DNA of 64,000 nucleotides from Felis catus. Lineage: Eukaryota. The notes under the pieces were generated by a model. That model had not been told where the DNA came from and ran no database searches. It worked only from the letters and a program-made list of their open reading frames with translations. Location of the stretch: positions 188,482,001-188,546,000 of the forward strand of contig NC_058368.1 of assembly GCF_018350175.1 (NCBI RefSeq), given 5' to 3'. This document shows positions 26,935-38,331 of the stretch, in pieces; within the stretch, counting starts at the first letter, position 1, and every line of letters begins with the position of its first letter. The position numbers and the translations under genes are program-made.

Positions 26935-26962
26935 TTACTGTCCTTGCTTCTTTGACAGATAC
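26935..26962 (-). CDS. UBLCP1: UBLCP1 exon 11 coding part: (R)YLSKKQGQ*
   Basis: Acceptor ttgcAG at 26964-26963; stop TAA at 26937-26935. Confidence 0.95.
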
Positions 26963-27139
26963 CTGCAAGAAATAAAATAAAGATGTCTACCCTGTATCAC
27001 AATAAATTCACAATAACAATCTAACTCCTCCCAAAGGAAGCAGTTAATTTTAATAACAAAACTTTTCCAGATGAGTAATAATTGTTAATAATCACTAATA
27101 CCTGTTGACTGTTTATGTGCCATCCACTGGTTTTGTTTG

Positions 27140-27340
27140 GTTGGGGTTTTGTTGTTGTTGTTGTAGAGAAAGAGAGAGAGAGAGAGAATGAGCAGGGAAG
27201 AGACAGAGGGGGAGGGAGAGAGAATCCCAAACAGGCTCCAGCTGTCAGCTCAGAGCCTGATTCGGAGCTTGATACCATGAACCACCTAAGGCAAAATCAA
27301 GAGGTGGACACTTAACCCACTGAGCCACACAGGTGCCCCC
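27140..27340 (-). mobile_element. Can-SINE with a long C-run at its head
   Basis: Reverse head tgagccacacaggtgcccc; (GA)n. Confidence 0.85.
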
Positions 27341-27415
27341 CCCCCCCCCCCCCCGGCAATGTTTTAAGTACAGGTATTAATTCGTTTAGTCCTCACAACA
27401 GCTCAATGAAGAGCT

Positions 27416-27467
27416 TTTATTTATTTTGAGAGAGAGACAGAGAGAGAGGGAGCACAAGCAGGAGAGG

Positions 27468-27533
<66 letters not shown>

Positions 27534-27657
27534 ATCCCAAGCAAGCTCTGCATTGTCAGCAGGGAGCCCAAAGCAAGGCTTGAATCCACGAACAAGGAGA
27601 TCATGACCTGAGCCAAAACCAAGAGCTAAACACTTAACTGACTGAGCCACCCAGGCA
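27416..27657 (-). mobile_element. Can-SINE with expanded (GA)n
   Basis: Reverse head ctgagccacccaggca; long (AG)n at ~27471-27529. Confidence 0.9.
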
Positions 27658-28111
27658 GGCCAAAAGAGCTTTCTTTTAGAATGTATTCCTATTTTACAGA
27701 CATGAAAAGGGTAGCAATTTGCCCAAGTTCAATGAACTAGAAAGTGGCAGAGCTTAGATTCAAAACAAGGCTCTGAGACTGCACTCTCTCCCTTCGTACT
27801 GTATGACTTCCTAATGCGAAAGTGATATATTAACTAACATTGCAATTTTCATAAAGAATTTCACACTCATTTAAAGACCTTATTTTTCTTGAGTAAAGAC
27901 TGGGCCACAGATACTAAAAGACTCTGATCAAGAGTGTGAAGATGAGAAGATGTTAATTTACTAAGTAAACAATTTTTCCTTCACATTATTTTATAGGAAT
28001 CTACCATTAAATTCAAAGTTTTATCTCTATTTCTCACATGTATAAATTACTATACTTAGTAGTATTGGGTGGGAAAGAGTTCTTAAAATCAGAAGACCTG
28101 GACAAGTTTTT

Positions 28112-28318
28112 TTGTTTTGTTTTGTTTTGAATATTTATTTTTGAGAGGGAGAGAAAGAGGGAGGGAGGGAGGGAGGGGCAGAGAGAGGCAGGGACAGAGG
28201 ATCCAAAGCAAGCTCTGTGCTGACAGCAGCAAGCCCAATGCAAGGCTCAGACTCAAGAACCATGAGATCATGACCTAAGCTGAAGTCGGACGCTTAACCA
28301 ACTGAGTCAAGATGCCCC
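28112..28318 (-). mobile_element. Can-SINE
   Basis: TSD AGAAGACCTGGACAAGTTTTT at 28091-28111 and 28320-28340. Confidence 0.9.
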
Positions 28319-29288
28319 AAGAAGACCTGGACAAGTTTTTATGGTGCAAAACGTGCTCAATTTGTAGCATTTATTATCTCCATTCCTTAGTTACACCATC
28401 TGTAATTTGGAGATGAGAATAAAAATGCCTGCTTTATCTTCCTAATAGAATTATGAGAATCATCTAATAAGAAGCTATATGTCAGCACAGAGCCCAATGC
28501 AGGGCGTGAAGCACTTGAACCCACAAAAGAAAGAGCTTTCTTTTAGAGTTTATTCCTGTTTAGCCTATTTTAGTCTATTACATGAATGGTTTCTTTTGTT
28601 GCTGTGTTAATGCAACCAGATCTTTTAAAGATCTAATTCCAAAAAATTACTTGCAGTACACATAATCCTGTCCACTTCTCCAGAAGTTATCCCTGCTTCA
28701 TTATCTTGATGTTTATATGCAGTCTATATGTAGATTTATGCTTATGTAGATATGTTTGTGCTTAGAAAAAAGGCTAGAAGATCATAAATCAAGATGGTAA
28801 CTGTGGTTCTCTTTAGAAAAGAAAATCATTAAGTAATTGTCTACTGGATTAAAGTTTTCAAATTTTTCTGCTATACAGAGCAATTACTTGCAGAGTGATT
28901 TTTAACAGAAAAAAAATTTTAGTGTGTTTTATTTTATCCTGACTTTATTTTACATATAAGAACAGGGACTACATTCTCATATGATTTATGAAAGGGCGGC
29001 CTATCTAGCGTCACAGAATTAATTTCCAAGTAGCATCACAAATGTGTACCAATCTCAAATCCTCTCTCCTAGAAGTATTAAAGACCCTAAGAGATGTGGG
29101 TTTATGAACAAGTTAGAGGTTAAGATGAAAAGGAAAAATACTTTTGGGGGAGATGTCACTGGATTAGAAAACAGTTTTAGAATTCACGCATCTTAAATAA
29201 AATTCAGAATTATGTGTATACCAGGGTCACCAGATAATTTTTTCATTCATTAATGTAAATAGGAAATGAATAAGAAATTAGCACTTAC

Positions 29289-29416
29289 CTTTCCCAATAT
29301 TTGTGATTTAGGTCCAAAAAGTCATCTAATTTTGCTATTTCCTTGAGGTACTGAGTTAATTTTAAAAGTTCCTTGTCTTTATCTCGATTTAGGTGCGCTT
29401 TCATAAAAGGCCTTAT
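29289..29416 (-). CDS. UBLCP1: UBLCP1 exon 10: [42 protein letters not shown](R)
   Basis: Acceptor aacAG, donor GTAAGT, 128 nt in frame. Confidence 0.96.
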
Positions 29417-30205
29417 CTGTTAGGAAGCAAACATCCAACACTTCACATTACAATAAGGAAACTGGCACAAATCTACCCTACCCTCTCATTAGGATTCAGT
29501 AATGAGATTAAAATATCACTAAAGAGGACTTTTGCACTGTCTCAGTGTAATAAACTGACAGTCACGCTATAATGTTCCTAATGCAAGTTAAGAGTTCTTC
29601 CACCTCATTTACCTTACGTTACCTTTTCAGTCTGAACCTGGCAACACCAGCTTTCTTACGGCACTTGAACTCTACGTGGCTTCTCTACTTTGTAAAACTG
29701 CCAGACTTTTTCCTCTTCTATCAATCCAGCTGCTTCTTACCAATTAATTCATGCCACCTAACTCATAAAATGTTAATCCAAATACAAGCTTGATCTAACA
29801 GGGGAGTGAAATAAATTTTAACAATGATGATTTCCATTTCCGTGTTTTTCTATAAAATTTTACATAGCTATTATATATTTATATAACATATTTTCTCTCG
29901 TTTTACCACAAGTATTTTTATCATTAAAGTCCCCATAAAAGTATTTTTAGCTCTGCAAGAGTTTTCCCATAAAAAGAAGTCATATTTTCCAGATTTTTAA
30001 GGTTGATATATTTTATGATGAAAAGCATTCATTTCAAAAGCATGAAAGTCAGGATGGTAGATAGGGTAGAGAATTGTTAACTAGTAAGGGATATTTCTAT
30101 CTTGACTTGGTGGTAATTACATGTGTTATCTTTGTATCTATTTGTTAAATTATAAATTTTATGCACTTTTCTTTGTCACAGTTCCAATAAAGAGTTTTGT
30201 CTTTT

Positions 30206-30435
30206 GGGGCGCCTGGGTGGCGCAGTCGGTTAAGTGTCCGACTTCAACCAGGTCACGATCTCGCGGTCCGTGAGTTTGAGCCCCGCGTCGGGCTCTGGGC
30301 TGACGGCTCAGAGCCTGGAGCCTGTTTCCGATTCTGTGTCTCCCTCTCTCTCTGCCCCTCCCGCGTTCATGCTCTGTCTCTCTCTGTCCCAAAAAAATAA
30401 ATAAACGTTTGAAAAAAAATAAAAATAAAAATAAA
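30206..30435 (+). mobile_element. Can-SINE (young, CpG-intact)
   Basis: Perfect 20-nt TSD AATAAAGAGTTTTGTCTTTT at 30186-30205 and 30436-30455. Confidence 0.95.
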
Positions 30436-33400
30436 AATAAAGAGTTTTGTCTTTTTAGGTTATCAGTTCAAATATCTTTATAAAACTCAAGACAACCTTT
30501 CAACAATTTTTAATTAATTTTACATGAAGCGGTATGTCTGGGATTTGCTTTAATTACAGAGAGGGAAGTAGGTTGGGTACAGAGCAAACAATCATCTAAG
30601 AATTAATAAGTTGTTTAAACTGAATCATGCAAACACAGAAGTTCATTATATAATCCTATATAGTTCTATTTATATTTGGATTTTTCCATTTTATAAAAAA
30701 TGTTTTTAAAATCATATTCTTAAAACACACATATAAGGAGAACTGAATAAATCACACTTAGTAAAGTATTAATATATCCTTATCATGATTTAGAGAAAAT
30801 GCAAACTGCTTATTAGTTATTAATTTTACATAGTAAACTGAAAAACAGAGGACATTTAGTTCTGTCCCCTGTTAAGTACAATGAACCCAAAGAAGTCCAT
30901 ACCCTATCAAGAGTAGGAAAGGTCCTAAATATTTTATATATATATATATGTATGTATGTATATACTTTTCCTTCTCTGTTATTGGAAAAACACACCACAA
31001 GCTTGAAATGGACAGAAGAAAATTTTCCCTATGTTCTACTCGCATCAGAACAGCTTGGTGTCAGGACCCCCATTAGTCAGTTAGGCTTCCACAACCTTAA
31101 GGGCACCAATCAGAGCTGTCAGGGGGAGTCTGCACAGATGCATGCAGTTGTAGATTCTGCCTCCAAACAGGTAGAGTGGGCAGTGCTGTCTCACAGCAGC
31201 AGCTATGCATGTAGGAGATCAGGAAGATTCTCTTCAAGAATCAGACCTTGCTTAAGCCCTGGGGCTGGGAGTAAAGAGGCATGATATCAGGATGTGATGA
31301 AAGGAGTTTCTACATAATCTTGGGCAATATTATAATGTTTCGAAGTATTCCTTCATTCAAGTAAAAAAAGATAACATGCTAACTTTTAAACTATTAACAT
31401 ACAATGTGCCAATGTGATTCCTAGTTTAACAGTAGGAAGGGATTTTGACTAAAAGACAAAGTACAGTTTCTGTGGCTGGTAAATAAGATTTACCAAGGTC
31501 CTGCTAAGTTAGGTTGACTTTCTAAACATTTAGTCTTAAGCACTATTAAACAGCAAAACTAAAATATTCCTATGACTCTGGATCTAAAAGTTAAACTAGT
31601 TAAGTGCAAAAAAAGTCTATTATCCACCCAACTTCACTTGATCTAGCATAATCATTTCTTTTTGTACCATTCTTCAAAAATGATCTCACTAACAGGACAG
31701 GCAACATATGTGACCACTACAGTCTCATATCAAAGAAACATTTTTAGGAACTTAAGATGGTCTAGATTATCTGCATTTTCTTATATCATCATTTCCTTGT
31801 ACAAATAACAATATGAAGTTTTCAGAGTACTGATTTATCCATGACCAAAACTCAAGTTTTGTTAGTTCAGTACTGTATTTATTCATAATTCACAATGCCT
31901 TCCATATCCCATGTCAAACCTTAAGATTGGCAAGCTTATATTATAAGTTTGCTCTTTTAAAAAGAAGCAGTCTTTAAGATCTCTGTGAAATCTTTTTTGA
32001 GACTTCTATCAAGAGCATTATGAAACCATGACAACAAAACACAGTAAGAATATTTCTCAATTTCAAAATGGCTTCTATGTCAATGTGGGCAGATCATTAA
32101 TAATTACCTTCTTAAAAGAGGTTTTCAGAAGGAGACATGTGAGAGATTACCTATAGAATGTTTAAAAATATCTCTCCTGAATTAAAATTTGGGCAGTTTG
32201 GAGACTTAGGTATTTTTAGGAATTCATTCAGTGATTCTACAGAGTACCTTGTTTAAAAAAATAATAATAATCCTGCTCTAAACTAACATGAAGAACTAGA
32301 AGTTTATATCATCTTTGCATCCAGAGATAAGTAGGGCCCAAATGTGGGCTGGAAAAATAAAGTTTCTTCTAAACACACATGAAACTAAGGATTATGTAAT
32401 TTTTTTAAGTTAAAGCTTTCCTCAAAAATCACTCCTTGAACATCATGATGACTTCACTTCCTGTCCTGAGCAGGTATTAACCACTAGTTTCATTTGGTTT
32501 AGATCAAATGAATCTTTCCTCACGAATTTATTTCTGTACAACACCTGGTAAACTACGCACAAGAAAAACACTTCTTCCAAAGCCTCAAACAGACACCATT
32601 TTTAAAGAGGAACATAACCACCAATCTACCTCAAGTACTTTTCATCCAAGTCAATAGCTTATATAATTGCTGCAACTCACTACTGAGATCAGCATTCTGT
32701 CTCTCAGCTATCCTCATACACTAAAGAGTACATCCAGAGTCTATAAGGAAAGCTTAAAAAATGTACTTTCTTCTAAGTTTTCTCTTTTAAAGTTATCAAG
32801 AACCCAACTTGTGGAAAGGTTCAGGACTGAGAATAAAAATATCTTAGGGTTCATATTTCCATTTCAGATTGAGATTCCACTTGTATTAGTATAATATGAA
32901 GCTATCTTTTCCATTTTCACATCGTACTGACATTCAGGCAACCACAGGTACCAGAAATGTAAAGTTTCAAATTTTTCTCTTACCAATGTTATGCTGCCAC
33001 CAGGATTAAATTTTACCATCGTATCTACAAAACTGCATCTGACTTCATGCTAAAATCACTGGCTTAGGAATCAAGTCACTTAGACTCCAACTCAAATTCT
33101 GTCATTAACCAGTCACATACATAACTTTGGGCAAGTAACAAATTTTCTGATCCTCCGATTGTTTACATAAACTTAAGAAGATAGACAAAATGATTGAGAT
33201 TCCTAGCTCTGGCATTTTATAACTCTAAGATCTCTACTTTTCCTGTATGAATTTTCAAAACCCTTAGTTTCAGTTTAAACAGGAAAAAATAAGCTTTTAC
33301 TGCCAGCTTTCAAGCTAACATCAACATCAGAAATTCTAAGATTTGTATCGCTAATAAAATGTCTGATGCTTTCACTTATGATGCTAAAAGTCAACAAAAG

Positions 33401-33633
33401 CCCGTATGTTGCTCCACAAAGCTGATTAAAAACAACTGGATAAATTGGCAAACTAAGAAGATATCAATGTGGGAAACAGAATGTTCAACTGTAGATGAAT
33501 TTTTCTAAATATGTAAGCTTTCTTGCCTGTGACCATAATATAGGACTTCTGAAAATTTATGAAACTCAACAGTGCTAAAGTTCTACCACAAATTCCAGAT
33601 TACATAAGCATAGTAAGTAAAATTATGTCTTAC

Positions 33634-33750
33634 CTTTAATCCATTCTGTGGGTTCATTAGAAAATTTCTTCCAATGTCATCAAACATAATGGTGTTTTTT
33701 TTGCTGTAAAACTCCGAAAACTTTCCCCATATGACACCAAGAGGCTTTAC
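33634..33750 (-). CDS. UBLCP1: UBLCP1 exon 9: [39 protein letters not shown]
   Basis: Acceptor ttctaAG, donor GTAAGA, 117 nt. Confidence 0.96.
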
Positions 33751-34320
33751 CTTAGAATAAAAGTTTAGATTTAACTCAATTTTATCAGTAGTTCATCCTT
33801 TCTTAAAAGCAGAGATACCTCAAAATGCCCTGCAGAACTGCGTCAGAGCACTCGCTTTCTCCTGTAGGACGTTGGCGGCTGGCTATGTGAAAGGATCACA
33901 GCTGAGATGCAACACATTTTAAAACACAATGGATCTCCCAATGTTAACATCTGAAAGGTCTGTTCATGTCTACCTGACTAAACTCACTGTAAGACTTTCC
34001 ATAATTTTAATATGAAGATTGGAGGTCAAAGGAGGGGTAATTATTTAAAAAGAATCCGAAGTAATTGAGTAGTCACATGACTTCGTGAGCTAATACGTGC
34101 CCCTCAGAGCCTGAATGTCACATGGGGTCTGTTTTCAAAATTAGAAAACCTTAATAATAAACAATGTACCTGGCTCTATTAATACAGAACTTAAATATTT
34201 TGTAGAGGAAAGAAAATTGATTCTGCCTTTAATTTAGTGGCACAGGTGCACAACTTCTAGGGCAACTGCTTAACTTCAAACGCACTATAATTTGTAATCT
34301 CTTGCTTTTATTTCTGAGCT

Positions 34321-34512
34321 GTTGTTTTTACAGAAGGAGAGTAAGAAAGCACGTGACCAGGGGGAGAGGGGTAGAGGGAGAAAGATCGTCTTAAGCAGGT
34401 TCCACGCTCAGCATGGAACCTGACGTGAGGCTTGATTCCACAAACCTGGGATCATGACCTTAGCCAAAATCAAGAGCCAGATGGTCAACTGACTGAACCA
34501 CCCAGACGCCCC
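34321..34512 (-). mobile_element. Can-SINE (older)
   Basis: Reverse head ...aaccacccagacgcccc ends at 34512. Confidence 0.8.
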
Positions 34513-34525
34513 TAGTTCTGAGTTC

Positions 34526-34745
34526 CTTTTTTTTTTTTTAAGTTTATTTATTTATTTTTGAGAGAGACAGAGACAGCGTGAGCAGGGGAGGGGCAGAGAG
34601 ATAGGGAGTGAAAAATAATCCCAAGCAGACTCCATGCTGTCAGCAGGGAGCCTGATGCAGGGCTTGAACTCACAAAATGTGAGATCATGACCTGAGCTGA
34701 AACCAAGAGTCGGACGCTTAACCAACTGAGCCACCCAGGCACCCC
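34526..34745 (-). mobile_element. Can-SINE
   Basis: TSD TAGTTCTGAGTTC at 34513-34525 and 34746-34758. Confidence 0.9.
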
Positions 34746-35844
34746 TAGTTCTGAGTTCTTAAAATAAGTCTTCAAAAAGATAATTCCTTACACATTCCTA
34801 TCTGTTGGTACTTGCATATATTCTCTATAAAACCACACAAGAATGTAGGAAGAGAAGACTAACTGGCTAGAGGGCCAGGTGGGAAGAGGACTTTTCATTA
34901 CATACTTTCTTATTTTTGAATATCAATTTATTATACACATTCAGAAAATTTTTTAAATAAATTAATTTTTAGAAGTACTTTTTGCTGAAGACAGGAGTCT
35001 CATTTATGGTAATATGAGATTCTATGATAATATTATATGAGATTAAATGGTAGTATACAAATGATGACAAATGTTGTCATTTAAAAATATTCTTTTTCAC
35101 TTTCTAGAACATATTTTAATATGGAGAAAGACTTTTTTCTTCTTAGTGTCTTAGCTACTGCAAAGAATGATATTGAAATTACTTTACTATCTAAAATACT
35201 TTAATTTTATTTGCCTTAATTACTTTCTACTATTTGTTTACTACTGAAACAGACCCCCCAAATACTTCAAGACAAAGATGGAACTGACCCAGTAAGCTAA
35301 TTCTTCATTTTCTTAGCTAACAAAAAGACTTAAGAAAGAGGACAAGAGCTCTGGTTTATGACACCCAGGGTTAGAAATCCTGCATCCTCTTAAATAGTGC
35401 TGTCACTTTCTAATTACGTCAAGTGTACTCTGTTCCCTAAAACATGGACTACTTTGTTCTCAATTAAATACTGCTGACTATAGGAAAAAAACATGAAAAC
35501 ACAAAAAAAGCACACAAGAACAGTTAAAATTACTTATAATCCAATCATTACCAAGGATAATAATTAGCTATTCTGATAATACTGTATTTGCCTCCAGTCT
35601 TTTTTATAAACATCAACAGCTTTTGAGTTCACAGATGTTTTGTTAAGTGGGAACCTGAACCAAATAAGAGCTAAAAACTATTTCTAACAGTCTGCAAATA
35701 CTGCCCTCTAAGTATTTTTTTCACTTTAAGACGTATCATGAAAAATTTTTCATTCACTAAATATTCTATTACATCATTCCACTACATGAACAAAAATTTT
35801 TATACCCAATTCCCTACTATTGGATATTGAGGATTTATTCACTT

Positions 35845-36120
35845 TTTTTTGAAGTATAATTAACATACAGTGTTTTAGTAGTTTCAAGTGTACAACACAG
35901 TGATTCAACAATTCTACACATTACTTGGTGCTCCCCACGGTAAGTGCAGTCACCATCTATATCACCATACAACGTCATTACAACATTATTGACTATATTG
36001 CCTATGCTGTACTTTTCATCTCCATGACTTATTTATTTCATAACTGGAAGTCTGTACCTTTTAATCTCCTTCATCTATTTCACCCATCTCCTCACCTATC
36101 TCCTCTCTGGCAACCACCAG
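35845..36120 (-). mobile_element. L1 (carnivore-type) 3' fragment
   Basis: gaagtataattaacatacagtg...gtgtacaacacagtgattcaaca...cataactggaagtctgtacc...cctctctggcaaccaccag. Confidence 0.7.
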
Positions 36121-36895
36121 ATTTATTTTTATTTCTAATTTTTAACTATTATAAACACTACTATGTTTAACACTTCCCAAACTCATTTTAGTGTTTAGAT
36201 TTTATGAATGTACTATTTTAGTACATAATGTTTTTCTCTTCGTGTATGAAGTATTTCCTTTATTGAATAAATCTCCATCACTTAAATAAACCTATATATG
36301 ATTTCAATGATTTCAATACAGTCCCCACTAGGCTTTCCTAGTTTGCTAATAGTTCTCCCCAATTCCTACTAGTTCATGAGCTTCCCAAAGCTATAGACTA
36401 TGTCTCCTCATCTCCAACAGTGCCTTCCACAATATGTCCTAGTAGGAGTTCAATAATAGGACTGGTTACTTGATGAGTAAACAAATTAAAGAACTCTAAT
36501 CTTTTTAGCCCAACCTTTTCTTCGAACTGTCTTGTTGCTCTTCTCTAGGGCTACACATACATCATAGCAAAGTACATGCATTATGGTATCTGTTTTTATT
36601 TATCAAATTTTATATGGCGTGGGGCGAGTATGTTTTGGTTTGCTTCTAGTGTTTTCCTTGATGACACCTACCCTGTTTTTAGCAACACTGTGCTGCCATC
36701 ATCATGGAATAATTATCCATGACCGTTGATACTCCTGCCTCAAGATCCTTAATTCTATCATTAAAATTCCAATCAATTAGCCCTACATACATCTTCCTAT
36801 GTCAAACTCAACTGATGCTTTCTATCCTCTCAGATATACTTCCTAACTCTTTCTGTAGTTTATTCCATCAATATAAATACAAAAAGTACGCTGGA

Positions 36896-37015
36896 GGGGC
36901 GCCCAGTTGGCTCAGTCAATACAGCATGCAACTCTTGATCTCAGGGTTATGAGTTCAATTCCCACAATGGATGTAGAGATTAGTTACAAAAATAAAATCT
37001 TTAAAAAAAAAAAAA
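36896..37015 (+). mobile_element. Short tRNA-derived Can-SINE variant lacking the CT tract
   Basis: ggggcgcccagttggctcagtc...gagttcaattcccac...A tail. Flanks aagtacgctgga / aggtacgctaga resemble a TSD. Confidence 0.75.
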
Positions 37016-37054
37016 GGTACGCTAGAAAATAAACAAGTCTTTAAACAGAAGATG

Positions 37055-37262
37055 ATTTTTTTTAAGTTTATTTATTTTGAGAGAGAGAGACAGAATGTGC
37101 AAGCATGGGAGAGGCAGAGAAAGAGGGAGAGAGAGGATCCGAAGCAGGCTCCTCACTTTCAGCGGGGAGCCCGATGTGGGGCCTGAACTCCTGAACCCTG
37201 GGATCATGACCTGAGCCGAAACCAAGAGTCAGTCTATTAACCAACTGAGCCACCCAGGTACC
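37055..37262 (-). mobile_element. Can-SINE beginning ~23 nt into UBLCP1 intron 8
   Basis: Reverse head ...ctgagccacccaggtacc ends at 37262; exon 8 donor is at 37285. Confidence 0.9.
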
Positions 37263-37285
37263 TTGGAAGTAAAATGATTTCTTAC

Positions 37286-37384
37286 ATCTATTAATCCTCT
37301 CCTTGGAGTATGTACTGTTATCATAGCAGCACTGTCCAACATGAAGGTAATCTTATAATTTGCATTTGTGCTCACTCCCAGCTC
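37286..37384 (-). CDS. UBLCP1: UBLCP1 exon 8: [33 protein letters not shown]
   Basis: Acceptor ttatAG, donor GTAAGA, 99 nt. Confidence 0.96.
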
Positions 37385-37774
37385 CTATAAATACAAATAT
37401 TCATGTGGTTAAAACATAGTAATATGAAAAATTCCAAGCTTTCTGAATACTCCAGCTACAATTTCCTACAATGCCAACTTTCTACCCTACTGGCCACCAC
37501 ACCTTGCTCAACAACTAGCAAGTTTTTTAGTTTCATTTTACTAAGTCAATAAATGAGTCCAAAGAAATTAAACTAGAAACAGACTACATCCCATTTTGTA
37601 TTTCAGAAGAACATCACTTCTTTAAGTATTACAACCAAGGCAAAAGAAGGGGCAAAAAAGGATTGTAAATGGAGGTTTAAAAAAAGGGGGAGCTGTGCTG
37701 TACTTTTTTTGAAAAAGACTTAATTGTTCAATACAATCCACTATTGAAAAGACTTTAAACACACCTCTATTCCT

Positions 37775-38155
37775 TTTTTTTTCAATATACGAAATTTATT
37801 GTCAAATTGGTTTCCATACAACACCCAGTGCTCATCCCAAAAGGTGCCCTCCTCAATACCCATCACCCACCCTCCCCTCCCTCCCACCCCCCATCAACCC
37901 TCAGTTTGTTCTCACTTTTTAAGAGTCTCTTATGCTTTGGCTCTCTCCCACTTTAACCTCTTTTTTTTTTTTTTTTCTTCCCCTCCCCCATGGGTTTCTG
38001 TTAAGTTTCTCAGGATCCACATAGGAGTGAACACATATGGTATCTGTCTTTCTCTGTATGGCTTATTTCACTTAGCATAACACTCTCCAGTTCCATCCAC
38101 GTTGCTACAAAGGGCCAAATTTCATTCTTTCTCATTGCCATGTAGTACTCCATTG
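37775..38155 (-). mobile_element. 5'-truncated young felid L1 3' end (381 nt)
   Basis: L1 3'UTR sequence with G-rich tract, AATAAA (tttatt 37795-37800) and A tail on minus. Perfect 17-nt TSD AACACACCTCTATTCCT at 37758-37774 and 38156-38172. Confidence 0.9.
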
Positions 38156-38293
38156 AACACACCTCTATTCCTAATAATGGCATTTGTTTATCTACTAAAT
38201 GCCCTCTGATGAGATGAAATCAATTCAACTTGGAACTTCTAAAAAGACAAATGCAATTTCAAAACATTCTTAAATGGATTGTCTAACACTTAC

Positions 38294-38331
38294 TTTCATT
38301 TTAGCTTCAATCCACTTCATATTTGTTGCAG
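38294..38331 (-). CDS. UBLCP1: UBLCP1 exon 7 (38 nt): (S)ATNMKWIEAKMK
   Basis: Acceptor ttttAG, donor GTAAGT; restores the frame. Confidence 0.95.

Noticed and set aside
27021..27650. ORFs with LSLSLS/ERERER runs (also similar ORFs at 4442, 30159, 34548, 41728, 58666, 63270)
   Set aside because: Translations of Can-SINE bodies and their (CT)n tracts.
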